Shown here: positions 9,295 through 17,044 of the stretch, one piece after another
How positions within the stretch are numbered: the first letter of the stretch is position 1
Layout of the letters: each line of letters begins with the position of its first letter
Origin: Desulfobulbus propionicus DSM 2032
Lineage (GTDB): Bacteria; Desulfobacterota; Desulfobulbia; Desulfobulbales; Desulfobulbaceae
NCBI RefSeq assembly: GCF_000186885.1
Contig: NC_014972.1
Coordinates: 3,420,001-3,452,000 of the forward strand
Direction of reading: 5' to 3'
DNA: 32,000 nucleotides
The notes under the pieces: generated by a model
What the model saw: the letters and a program-made list of their open reading frames with translations, nothing else
Databases searched by the model: none
Told to the model about the DNA's origin: nothing
Program-made: the position numbers and the translations under genes

Positions 9295-10167
9295 ATGACA
9301 GCGGCGAAAAGCGGCAAGGACGACTGGTTCGGTAAGCGCCGGCATTATTTTGTCCGCCGATTGCTCGACCAGTCCCTCCACCTCATCCAGGACTTTCAAG
9401 CAGCATACTGTCGGTACAGTGCTTCATGCATCCGGGAGCGACCCGGGGAACAGCGAAACCTAGAGCCGAATGCGGCGCAAAGAGCAATACTGCACCACGT
9501 GGGCCGCATGGTGGGCACAGAAACCGGCAAGGGACCGTTGTGGCGGCTCAAGGACCACTGCCGCCAGCTCTGGCCGCGAAACGCCCCCCACCCCCCTGCC
9601 CAGGAAGCATGTATTGACTGGCTGATCGGCGCGCTTTTCCATGAAACGATGCGACTGCGGGACACCCTGTACGTGCTGGACAATGATGACCGGCTCCCCT
9701 GGAACGGCCGAACAGCAAGTCCCAACTCACCGAGAGACGGGCACCCCGGAAGTTTCCAGCAGCAGATAGAAAGGATCGCGGCTCTTTTCAGCCGGTTGCG
9801 GGACGAGTTGCGCCTGCTGATCCCGGATTTGCTGGCCAACCCGCTGGTCCTGCGCCTGCTGGCCGAACAGGAGGAGATCGTCGCCGATCTCTGGGGAGAA
9901 TCGCTGGAATCATTTTTCGATGACCTTTTCTCGGGGAACGCCGCCAGCGGTTTCTGCCTCATCGGCGCTAGCTACGCATCAGGACAATGGTTTAGCCAAG
10001 CCCTGACGATGTACGAACGGGCGCTGAACCGCGACCGGCAGTGCAACGAGGCCAGAATTCGTGTTGCCCATCTGCGGGCGATTGTGCGGGAAGAAGACGA
10101 AACAACGGAATGCGCCAGACAGGCAATCCGTAATTTTACAGAAGGAGTGAAAGGCCATGGCAATTAA
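9295..10167 (+). CDS. Uncharacterised protein with C-terminal TPR-like segment
   Basis: 290 aa ORF in a same-strand array; C-terminal SGQWFSQALTMYERALNRDRQCNEARIRVAHL resembles a TPR. No other recognised domain. Confidence 0.7.
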   Translation: MTAAKSGKDDWFGKRRHYFVRRLLDQSLHLIQDFQAAYCRYSASCIRERPGEQRNLEPNAAQRAILHHVGRMVGTETGKGPLWRLKDHCRQLWPRNAPHPPAQEACIDWLIGALFHETMRLRDTLYVLDNDDRLPWNGRTASPNSPRDGHPGSFQQQIERIAALFSRLRDELRLLIPDLLANPLVLRLLAEQEEIVADLWGESLESFFDDLFSGNAASGFCLIGASYASGQWFSQALTMYERALNRDRQCNEARIRVAHLRAIVREEDETTECARQAIRNFTEGVKGHGN

Positions 10168-11161
10168 AGTAGGGATTAACGGATTCGGCAGGATTGGCAG
10201 GAATATTTTTCGCGCATTGGCCAAGGACCCGGCTTTCGCCGACATCGAAATCGTCGGCATCAATGATCTCACCGATGTGAAAACCATCGCCCATCTGGTG
10301 AAGTATGATTCCATCATGGGGCGCTCGGAACAGCAGATCGCTGTTGGCGAAAACAGCATTGTGGTCGATGGCAGGACCATCCCCATTACCAGCCACCGCA
10401 AACCCGGGGAAATTCCCTGGGCAAGCCTTGGCGCCGAATATGTCCTTGAGTGCACGGGGCTTTTTTGTGACATGGAATCAGCCAAGGCTCATATCGACGG
10501 AGGCGCGGCCAAAGTGATCATTTCGGCGCCAGCCAAGGGCGAGGTGAAAACCATCGTCATGGGCGTCAACGAACACGAATACGACCCCACCGTGCATCAT
10601 GTGGTGTCCAACGCCTCCTGCACCACCAACTGTTTGGCACCGGTGGCCCAGGTCATCCTCGATAATTTCGGGATCAAACGCGGCCTGATGACCACCGTGC
10701 ATTCCTACACCGGGGACCAGCGGCTGCTCGACTTCCCGCACTCCGACCTGCGTCGGGCCCGCGCCGCCGCCATGTCGATGGTTCCCACCAAGACCGGTGC
10801 CGCAGCTGCCGTGGCCTTGGTTATTCCCGAATTGAAAAACAAATTCGACGGACTGGCGGTCCGCGTTCCCACCCCGGATGTATCGCTGGTGGATGTGGTG
10901 ATCGAGGTCGAACGGGAAACCACCGTGCCGGAGGTCAACAAGGCGCTGGCTGCAGCCGCCAACCGCTATCTGGGCTATACCGAGGAACCGCTGGTTTCCA
11001 TCGATTTCCAGGGCGACCCCCACTCCTCGATCGTCGACGGCCTGTGCACCAAGGTGTTGGGCACCTCGGTCAAGGTGATGAGCTGGTACGACAACGAGTG
11101 GGGCTATTCCAATCGCATGCTGGACCTGGTGCTCCACATGGAGGCCAACAAGCCCCTGTAA
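10157..11161 (+). CDS. gap: Glyceraldehyde-3-phosphate dehydrogenase, type I
   Basis: MAIKVGINGFGRIGRNIFRA, catalytic SNASCTTNCLAPVA, WYDNEWGYSNRMLDLV. Confidence 0.98.
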   Translation: MAIKVGINGFGRIGRNIFRALAKDPAFADIEIVGINDLTDVKTIAHLVKYDSIMGRSEQQIAVGENSIVVDGRTIPITSHRKPGEIPWASLGAEYVLECTGLFCDMESAKAHIDGGAAKVIISAPAKGEVKTIVMGVNEHEYDPTVHHVVSNASCTTNCLAPVAQVILDNFGIKRGLMTTVHSYTGDQRLLDFPHSDLRRARAAAMSMVPTKTGAAAAVALVIPELKNKFDGLAVRVPTPDVSLVDVVIEVERETTVPEVNKALAAAANRYLGYTEEPLVSIDFQGDPHSSIVDGLCTKVLGTSVKVMSWYDNEWGYSNRMLDLVLHMEANKPL

Positions 11162-11242
11162 GCCGCGAGCAGGACGGTATCGGGCGAATGGCAGATGCCT
11201 CCCTCGGCACTCCTTTTTCCCGACCGCCGGACAATAGAAAAC

Positions 11243-11289
11243 GGGATGCCCCCCTGCCACATGCAGGGTGGACATCCCGCGCTTTTTTC
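11243..11289 (+). terminator. Rho-independent terminator downstream of gap
   Basis: Hairpin GGGATG-CC-CCCTGC / GCAGGG-...-CATCCC followed by a run of six T (11283..11288). Confidence 0.8.
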
Positions 11290-11316
11290 ACTTCCGCCTT
11301 GTCACCGGCGGAATGA

Positions 11317-11487
11317 TCAACCCTCGATATAGCCCTTGCCGTTGCAGGTGGGGCACTTTTGATCCGGCGTGCACACTTGGCCATCCGGCGTTTTTCCCTG
11401 CCACTCGCCGCTGGTTTCACACACCCCTTCAATAACCTTTTTTCCCATGCAGGTTGGACAGGTTTCCTTTTTTTTCTCTTCCGCCAT
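11317..11487 (-). CDS. Small DnaJ-type zinc-ribbon protein (56 aa)
   Basis: Not in the ORF track because of its size; reads MAEEKKKETCPTCMGKKVIEGVCETSGEWQGKTPDGQVCTPDQKCPTCNGKGYIEG*, with two CPTCxGK motifs and a GGAGG RBS 5' of the ATG. Confidence 0.75.
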   Translation of the reverse strand: MAEEKKKETCPTCMGKKVIEGVCETSGEWQGKTPDGQVCTPDQKCPTCNGKGYIEG

Positions 11488-11571
11488 AATTCCTCCTTGC
11501 AGTTAAATGATAATTTTTATTATTTGATATAAATAAACAAAACAAAGAAGAAAACAAGAAAAAACAGCCGT

Positions 11572-11871
11572 TCACCCCAATTTATTTTCGACACTCCGCA
11601 CCTTGTCGTCCATGCTCTGCTCACGGTCGACCCGGGTGCCGAGCTTGATGGTCGTGGTGATGCGCGGCGCACCCATTTCGTGCACCCGTTCATGGCAGCG
11701 CTTGACCGCCGCCATGACCTCCTCCCATTCGCCCTCGATGTTGGTGCCGTAGGCGTGCAGTTGCGATTTCAGCCCGGCCTCCTGCAACACCCGGTGGCAC
11801 TCGGCCACATAGCGGGAAACGGACACGCCGACACCCAGTGGTACAAGACAAAGATCAAGAATCACATGCAT
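11572..11871 (-). CDS. MTH1187 / UPF0045 family thiamine-binding-like protein
   Basis: MHVILDLCLVPLGVGVSVSRYVAECHRVLQEAGLKSQLHAYGTNIEGEWEEVMAAVKRCHERVHEMGAPRITTTIKLGTRVDR matches this small family. Confidence 0.85.
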   Translation of the reverse strand: MHVILDLCLVPLGVGVSVSRYVAECHRVLQEAGLKSQLHAYGTNIEGEWEEVMAAVKRCHERVHEMGAPRITTTIKLGTRVDREQSMDDKVRSVENKLG

Positions 11872-12042
11872 ACGGTCCTCCTTGCGTTTCGGCGCTCTCT
11901 CGAAGCAGCGGTTTATGGAACGGCCGGGAAAGGAGCCCGCCGCGCCTGCGGCCGGTCGTTTCCCTTTGCCTCTTGTGCTGATTTTCCACTATGCTACAGA
12001 CAATGAGCGAAGACAACCTGGAAATCCGCCCTGGAGGCTGCC

Positions 12043-13833
12043 ATGCGCATTCTTGTTCTCGAAGACTCCAAACCCTCCCAGCACCTGCTGCGCAGCCGCC
12101 TGGAGCAGGAGGGGTTCACCGTCGACACCGCCGACAACGGTCATCAGGGCTTTCAGCGGGCCACGGCCAATGCCTACGACGTCATTCTCAGTGACATCCA
12201 CATGCCCCACTGGGACGGGTTCAAGTTCATCGAGGCCATTCAGGTGGTCAGCCCGCACCTGCCCATCCTGATCATCACCTCCGCCCACGACGATCAGCAG
12301 ATGCTGGCACGCTTACAACGATATCCCAATGTTTTTGGGGTGTTGGCCAAGCCCTTCGATTTCACCGTCCTCTTCAAGCAATTGGCCAGCGTCCCCCGGC
12401 AGACCCATACCAGCGTCAACAAGAAGGCCAAGATCGTGTGCACCATCGGCCCGGCAAGCAACAGCCCCGAGATGCTGGGCAGGATGATCCTGGCCGGCAT
12501 GGATGTGGCCCGGCTCAATTTTTCCCACGGCAGCTACGAGGCCCACGAGACCACCCTGCTGGCGGTGCGCGAGGCGGAAAAGGTCTGGGAAAAGCCGATC
12601 GCCGTGCTCCAGGATCTGTGCGGTCCCAAGATCCGCACCGGACCAATGCGGGAAGGCGCCATTCAACTCCATGCCGGCGAAGTACTGATCGTGCAGAAGG
12701 AACCGGTGGAGGGCACGCCGGAACGGATCTCGACCATTGCCCCGGCTATCCTCGCCGATCTGCGCCTCGGCGATCCGGTGCTGCTCGACGATGGCCTGCT
12801 GGAGCTGCGGGTGGTCAAGGAGGGAACTGACGAGGTGCACTGCGAGGTGATCGTCGGCGGCACGCTCAAATCAAGCAAGGGCATCAATCTGCCCCTGACC
12901 GCCCTGTCCCTGCCCAGCGTCACCGAAAAGGACTGGCAGGACCTCGACTGGGGCCTCAACCATTCGATCGACTATGTGGCCCTCTCCTTTGTTCGCTCCG
13001 CCGAGGACGTGTGGCGGATCAAGAACTACATCAAGGCATCGGGCAAGCGCAATCTCAAGGTAGTGGCCAAGATCGAGAAACCGGAGGCGGTCCAGAACAT
13101 CCGCGAGATCGTCGAGGTGGCCGACGCCATCATGATCGCCCGCGGCGACATGGGGGTCGAACTGCCGGCGGCGCGGGTGCCCCGCATCCAGGAACGGATC
13201 ATCGAACTGTGCTGGGAATTGAACACGCCGGTGATCACCGCCACCCAGATGCTTGACTCCATGACCATCAATGCCCGGCCGACCCGCGCCGAGGTCACCG
13301 ATGTCAGCATGGCGATCAAGGAGGGCACCGACGCGGTGATGCTCTCCCAGGAGACGGCCACCGGCGTCGATCCCGTCAACGTGGTGCGCACCATGGCCTC
13401 GATCATCTGCGAGGAGGAGCGCTACGCCCACCCCAGCGCCGAACACTTCCGCGAGTTGGAAGCCGATACCGCCCGCTACCCCGCCCTGTCGGTGGTGGCT
13501 CACCTCGGCACCACCAGCGCCACCCTGCTGCTCGATCCGGACGGCACCCTCTACCCGATCCTGTCCAAATGGAACCGCAAGACGCCAACCCTGGTGGTGA
13601 CCAAATCGCTGCACGTGGCCCGGCACGCCAGCCTGTACAACAACATTTTCCCCTTGATCATCCGTGAGGAATTGGGCCGCACCGAGATGGTCTTCCGCTC
13701 GCTGGCCATGGCCCGTGAATGGGGCTACATCCATGCCGGCGAAACCGTGGCCGTGGTCGAGGGACCGCGGGTCACCCGCAGCGGCATCCGCCAGATGGCC
13801 GCGGTCCAGGTAATTCGGGTGGAGAAGGAGTGA
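12043..13833 (+). CDS. pyk: Response-regulator receiver domain fused to full-length pyruvate kinase
   Basis: Residues 1 to ~115 are a REC domain (E7/D8, phospho-acceptor D51 in VILSDIHMP, T79, K103 in LAKPFD). From ~127 it is pyruvate kinase: KKAKIVCTIGPASNSPEML, VARLNFSHG, DLCGPKIRTG, SFVRSAEDV, KIEKPEAV, ARGDMGVELP, TATQMLDSM, RPTRAEVTDV. Confidence 0.95.
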   Translation: MRILVLEDSKPSQHLLRSRLEQEGFTVDTADNGHQGFQRATANAYDVILSDIHMPHWDGFKFIEAIQVVSPHLPILIITSAHDDQQMLARLQRYPNVFGVLAKPFDFTVLFKQLASVPRQTHTSVNKKAKIVCTIGPASNSPEMLGRMILAGMDVARLNFSHGSYEAHETTLLAVREAEKVWEKPIAVLQDLCGPKIRTGPMREGAIQLHAGEVLIVQKEPVEGTPERISTIAPAILADLRLGDPVLLDDGLLELRVVKEGTDEVHCEVIVGGTLKSSKGINLPLTALSLPSVTEKDWQDLDWGLNHSIDYVALSFVRSAEDVWRIKNYIKASGKRNLKVVAKIEKPEAVQNIREIVEVADAIMIARGDMGVELPAARVPRIQERIIELCWELNTPVITATQMLDSMTINARPTRAEVTDVSMAIKEGTDAVMLSQETATGVDPVNVVRTMASIICEEERYAHPSAEHFRELEADTARYPALSVVAHLGTTSATLLLDPDGTLYPILSKWNRKTPTLVVTKSLHVARHASLYNNIFPLIIREELGRTEMVFRSLAMAREWGYIHAGETVAVVEGPRVTRSGIRQMAAVQVIRVEKE

Positions 13834-13871
13834 GCTCACCCGTCCTTGTCCCTTTTTGTTCCCCCAGCGCA

Positions 13872-13903
13872 TAAAAAAAGCCGGATCATGGACTGATCCG
13901 GCT
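13872..13903 (-). terminator. Rho-independent terminator for the minus-strand gene(s) ending at 13929
   Basis: Perfect 10 bp stem AGCCGGATCA / TGATCCGGCT (13879..13888 / 13894..13903) with 5 nt loop; on the minus strand it is followed by seven T. Confidence 0.85.
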
Positions 13904-13928
13904 CGTTCGCGTCCTGCTGGCGACAGGA

Positions 13929-15023
13929 TTATTTGGCTGGGGGCTCCGCCTTCTTCTCCGGGGGGACCGCCTGCTCCGCCGCTGTCCCCTGTTCCGCTGC
14001 TCCCGGCTTTTCCGCCTTGTGCATCTGGCCGGTCAGCAGCGGCTTGATCTGCTGGCCGAGCTGCTGCATATACCCCTTGTTCCAGGCAAACGCCAAGACG
14101 ATGATCAGCACCAGGAGAACCACCCAACGCTTCCATGGGGTCTTCTTTTCGGCAAAGGGATCGGTCAGCATCCGTTCCGCGCCCCTGGGCAGCTCGGCCA
14201 TCTTGGTCAGGGTGGAACCGAAGGGGATGTTGATGCTCGCCTTGGTGTTGACGGCCCAGCCGTTGGCGTCGAGGATCGGTCCGAGGTTGCGCTGACGCAG
14301 TTTGAGGAAGGCGATCAGCATCGAGGGACCGGAGATGGCGAGGATGATGCCGCCGATGGCCAGGGGCATCTGCCACACCGGCAAGGCCATGAAACCGCCG
14401 ACAATCGAGGCGATGGCTGTGCCGATGGCTCCCAGGGCGAGACCGATGGCCGCAAAGATACCGGCGAACTTGCCGACATCGAAGGGTGCCGGTGGCTGGC
14501 CGCCGGCCGCTGCCTTGGCTCCGAAACCGGCGATGCCCGCACCCGCGCCGCTGTCCACCGCCTTGTCCTTGGCGGCGGCGAATTTTTCGATCTGTTCGCC
14601 GACCATGCGGGCGATGCGCTTGTACGGTGCCCAAAAGGCTTGGGACACGCTGATGGGATGATCGATCAGCTTGACGATGGTCGCATCCCAATCGTTGCCC
14701 TGGCAATCGTAAAAAACACCGTTGCGGCCGACCATCAGGTTGTCGGAGTCACCGCCGGTGAAGGCGGCGGCGATGAGCACCCGCTCGTCGCTGTTGCGCC
14801 GCCTGCAGTCGCAGTAGGCCAGGTAGGTCCGGCTGAGATTGGCCAGCGGGCTGTGGGCTTCGACGCTCTCCACCCGCACGCACAGCTCGCAGGCGCGGCC
14901 GTCGATATAAAGGGTTCCGGCCTGAAAAATAGCCTTGCGCCGCTGGCTGTAAAAATCGCGGAAGGCGACGAAGTTGTTGAGCAGCTGGTAGAGATCGCGG
15001 TTGAAATGGACCAGGCGGACCAC
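13929..15023 (-). CDS. Membrane-anchored uncharacterised protein; probably the C-terminal part of the gene beginning at 16196
   Basis: Starts only at a GTG inside what looks like a continuing reading frame (LIEQDLRLTDQVETIDK-VVRLVHFNRDLYQLLNNF); hydrophobic segments FAGIFAAIGLALGAIGTAIASIVGGFMALP, MPLAIGGIILAISGPSMLIAFL, WVVLLVLIIVLAFAW. Confidence 0.65.
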   Translation of the reverse strand: MVRLVHFNRDLYQLLNNFVAFRDFYSQRRKAIFQAGTLYIDGRACELCVRVESVEAHSPLANLSRTYLAYCDCRRRNSDERVLIAAAFTGGDSDNLMVGRNGVFYDCQGNDWDATIVKLIDHPISVSQAFWAPYKRIARMVGEQIEKFAAAKDKAVDSGAGAGIAGFGAKAAAGGQPPAPFDVGKFAGIFAAIGLALGAIGTAIASIVGGFMALPVWQMPLAIGGIILAISGPSMLIAFLKLRQRNLGPILDANGWAVNTKASINIPFGSTLTKMAELPRGAERMLTDPFAEKKTPWKRWVVLLVLIIVLAFAWNKGYMQQLGQQIKPLLTGQMHKAEKPGAAEQGTAAEQAVPPEKKAEPPAK

Positions 15024-15074
15024 CTTGTCGATGGTCTCGACCTGATCGGTCAGCCGTAGATCCTGCTCGATGAG

Positions 15075-15077
15075 CTA
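15075..15077 (-). other. In-frame amber (TAG) codon separating the two halves of one long reading frame
   Basis: Minus-strand sequence ...CGG CAG CAG CTC GAA TAG CTC ATC GAG CAG GAT CTA CGG...; the downstream ORF (to 15023) is in exactly the same frame and no other stop intervenes. Confidence 0.9.
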
Positions 15078-16196
15078 TTCGAGCTGCTGCCGGCCCGGGC
15101 CCTGGAGAATTTCCCGCACCCGTTCAAAGCCCAACGCTTCCACCTCGGTTCCCGCCTTGCCGGCCTGCCAGGATTCAAAAGGAGCAAAGGTCGCCTTAAT
15201 CTGCTGCCATTGCGCCGCGTCGAGATGGTCTGACTCGCCGAACAGGGGGGTGACCACCAACGCCGCCAGCAGCTCCACACTGCCCGCCCAGACCGGATTG
15301 ATGCCCTCGCGCAGGGGCAGGGTCCGACCCGCCTCGACATGGGCCAGGGGAAACTGCTCGACCTCGGCCGAAGCCCCGCTGAGATCCTGGTTGGCCAGGG
15401 TTTCGTAGGTGGCGATGGAAGGATTGAGCGGTTCCTGAGCCTTGGGGTCGAAAGCCGCCAGGCCGCAACGGATGAAGAAATCGTCGATTTTATTCTTCAA
15501 GCGGCTGTAGACAGCGGCCGCGTCTAGGGTCGACTCGCCAAAGGGCAAGATGGCCGAATCGCTGGCCGCTTGGTCCCACCACTGGGCATGGAGCTCCGCC
15601 GCAGTGAAAAAGGCCTCGACCCGCTCCCGTGACACCCCTGGACAGCCGCTGCGGTCCTCGTCGCTGCCCACGCAGGCCATGATCTCCTCGATCAGCTTCC
15701 TGGTGGCCTCATCCTCGGTCGCATGCACCGGCACGATGCCGTCGCCGTTGAACGCCGACTCGTGCAACAGCGAGGAAGTATCGGCCACATCCGCAATTGA
15801 CACCGATTCCGCCTCCGGCTTGCCGAGGTAGGTCAGCAGCTGTCGGGCCGATGCGAGCAGTTGCCGGCCCTCGGGATGGCTGTCGTTGATGGCCCGCAGG
15901 GGCAATTCCGCCGCCCCGGCCAGCAGGGGATCAAAGTCTTTGAGCACCGAACTGACCCACTCCACGGCGGTCAGCACTTCCTGCACCCGTACCCGGCCAT
16001 CGTTGTCGCAATCCAGCAAGGACAAGGTACGGGGATCGAACTCAAGGCCGTTGACCGGGCAGCTGAGCGCCGCCCACAGCTTCTGGTCCAACTCGCCGAG
16101 GTGCCTGATATCCTCGGCGGTTTCAAGACGAACCTGATCAAAACCGCCCAATCGACAAAAACGCCAGCGATAGGTCCCGTTTCCACTGTCTTCCAT
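15075..16196 (-). CDS. EF-hand-like uncharacterised protein; N-terminal part, terminated by TAG at 15075..15077
   Basis: Start at MEDSGNGTYRWRFCRLGGFDQVRLE, with GGAGG 8 nt upstream. Contains the canonical EF-hand loop DCDNDGRVRVQE plus degenerate loops AFNGDGIVPVHA and DEDRSGCPGVSR. Confidence 0.7.
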   Translation of the reverse strand: MEDSGNGTYRWRFCRLGGFDQVRLETAEDIRHLGELDQKLWAALSCPVNGLEFDPRTLSLLDCDNDGRVRVQEVLTAVEWVSSVLKDFDPLLAGAAELPLRAINDSHPEGRQLLASARQLLTYLGKPEAESVSIADVADTSSLLHESAFNGDGIVPVHATEDEATRKLIEEIMACVGSDEDRSGCPGVSRERVEAFFTAAELHAQWWDQAASDSAILPFGESTLDAAAVYSRLKNKIDDFFIRCGLAAFDPKAQEPLNPSIATYETLANQDLSGASAEVEQFPLAHVEAGRTLPLREGINPVWAGSVELLAALVVTPLFGESDHLDAAQWQQIKATFAPFESWQAGKAGTEVEALGFERVREILQGPGRQQLE

Positions 16197-16407
16197 GGCA
16201 AGAGCCTCCGTAGATGAAAAAATGAGCAACACTCCTCTTGTGGCGATGCTTACCGGATTCGGTCAATACCCTCTATTAAATATTCGGTAAATTTTCAAAA
16301 TTGAGTGCAGCGGCTCGCTCGGGCGCCTCCGAGAAAATTCTCATCCGCCCCCATCGCGCCGACCGTGTTCCGCGCGATGGACCAACGCTCCCAGAGCAGA
16401 CGCCCGT

Positions 16408-16935
16408 CTACTGACAGCGCAGCATGGCCAGCTGCATGGTCAGCGGGGTTTCAAAGTGGGCTTCACCCCGGCCCCATTCGGCATAGCCGACAGAAACCCA
16501 GGCTCCCTGTTTTTCCCACAGATCGTACCCGAACTTCCAACCGCCGCACTGCTCGTCGCAGAGGTATTCATACGCCGGCCCGTAGTAGAGGAACCGCAGG
16601 CCGTTGTCGTCCTCGCTCTGCCGGCTCTGGCCGATCAACACCTGATCCGCCCCGCGCTTGCCGGCTTCGCCGAGCACGGCGGCTTCGATATCCTTGCCGG
16701 TCTGGTTGGCGGGCAGCTGCACCAGGACTTCGGCAAACACCCGGCAGGATCTGTCGACCTGGGCCGACTGAAAAGCAATGGCGATTTTATTGGTGGCCGG
16801 ATACACTGGCCCGTTGTACGCCGTTCGGTCCTCACCGCTCAGACCGACAAGCTTGCCGACCTCCTGGTTGAGGCCGCATCCCGAGGCAGCGGCAAGAACG
16901 GCCGCGGCCGCAATAAACTGACTCCATTTTGACAT
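16408..16935 (-). CDS. Uncharacterised probable lipoprotein
   Basis: Start MSKWSQFIAAAAVLAAASGCGLNQEVGKLVG with lipobox AASGC; 175 aa, four to five further Cys. Confidence 0.7.
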   Translation of the reverse strand: MSKWSQFIAAAAVLAAASGCGLNQEVGKLVGLSGEDRTAYNGPVYPATNKIAIAFQSAQVDRSCRVFAEVLVQLPANQTGKDIEAAVLGEAGKRGADQVLIGQSRQSEDDNGLRFLYYGPAYEYLCDEQCGGWKFGYDLWEKQGAWVSVGYAEWGRGEAHFETPLTMQLAMLRCQ

Positions 16936-17044
16936 GTGTACGCTCCGCAAGAGTGGTCTGTAGCGCGAAAACAGAGGGATCTCGCATCGCCTCCTTTTTC
17001 GCGATTCCATTTTTTGCGCAAAGGAAAACAGGACCCCCAAAAGA

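Noticed and set aside
11461-11490. Homopolymer T run near the start of the small zinc-ribbon gene as a possible frameshift
   Set aside because: The frame is consistent from the RBS-preceded ATG through both CPTC motifs to the stop, so no frameshift needs to be invoked.
12385-12420. Possibility that REC and PK are two separate genes with an internal start
   Set aside because: There is no stop codon, no ATG/GTG and no evident Shine-Dalgarno sequence at the junction; only a weak in-frame TTG near codon 114 exists. A fusion is the simpler reading, though the test is listed in the finding.
12871-14706. 611-codon plus-strand ORF spanning the end of pyk and the convergent minus-strand gene
   Set aside because: Out of frame with the convincing REC-PK and antisense to the membrane protein; low-complexity Arg/Gly/Gln translation crossing a strong minus-strand terminator.
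15075-15077. Interpreting the in-frame TAG as pyrrolysine
   Set aside because: Nothing in the protein resembles a methylamine methyltransferase, and no pyl genes are in the window; a nonsense change or sequencing error is more likely. The genome-wide check is still worth doing.
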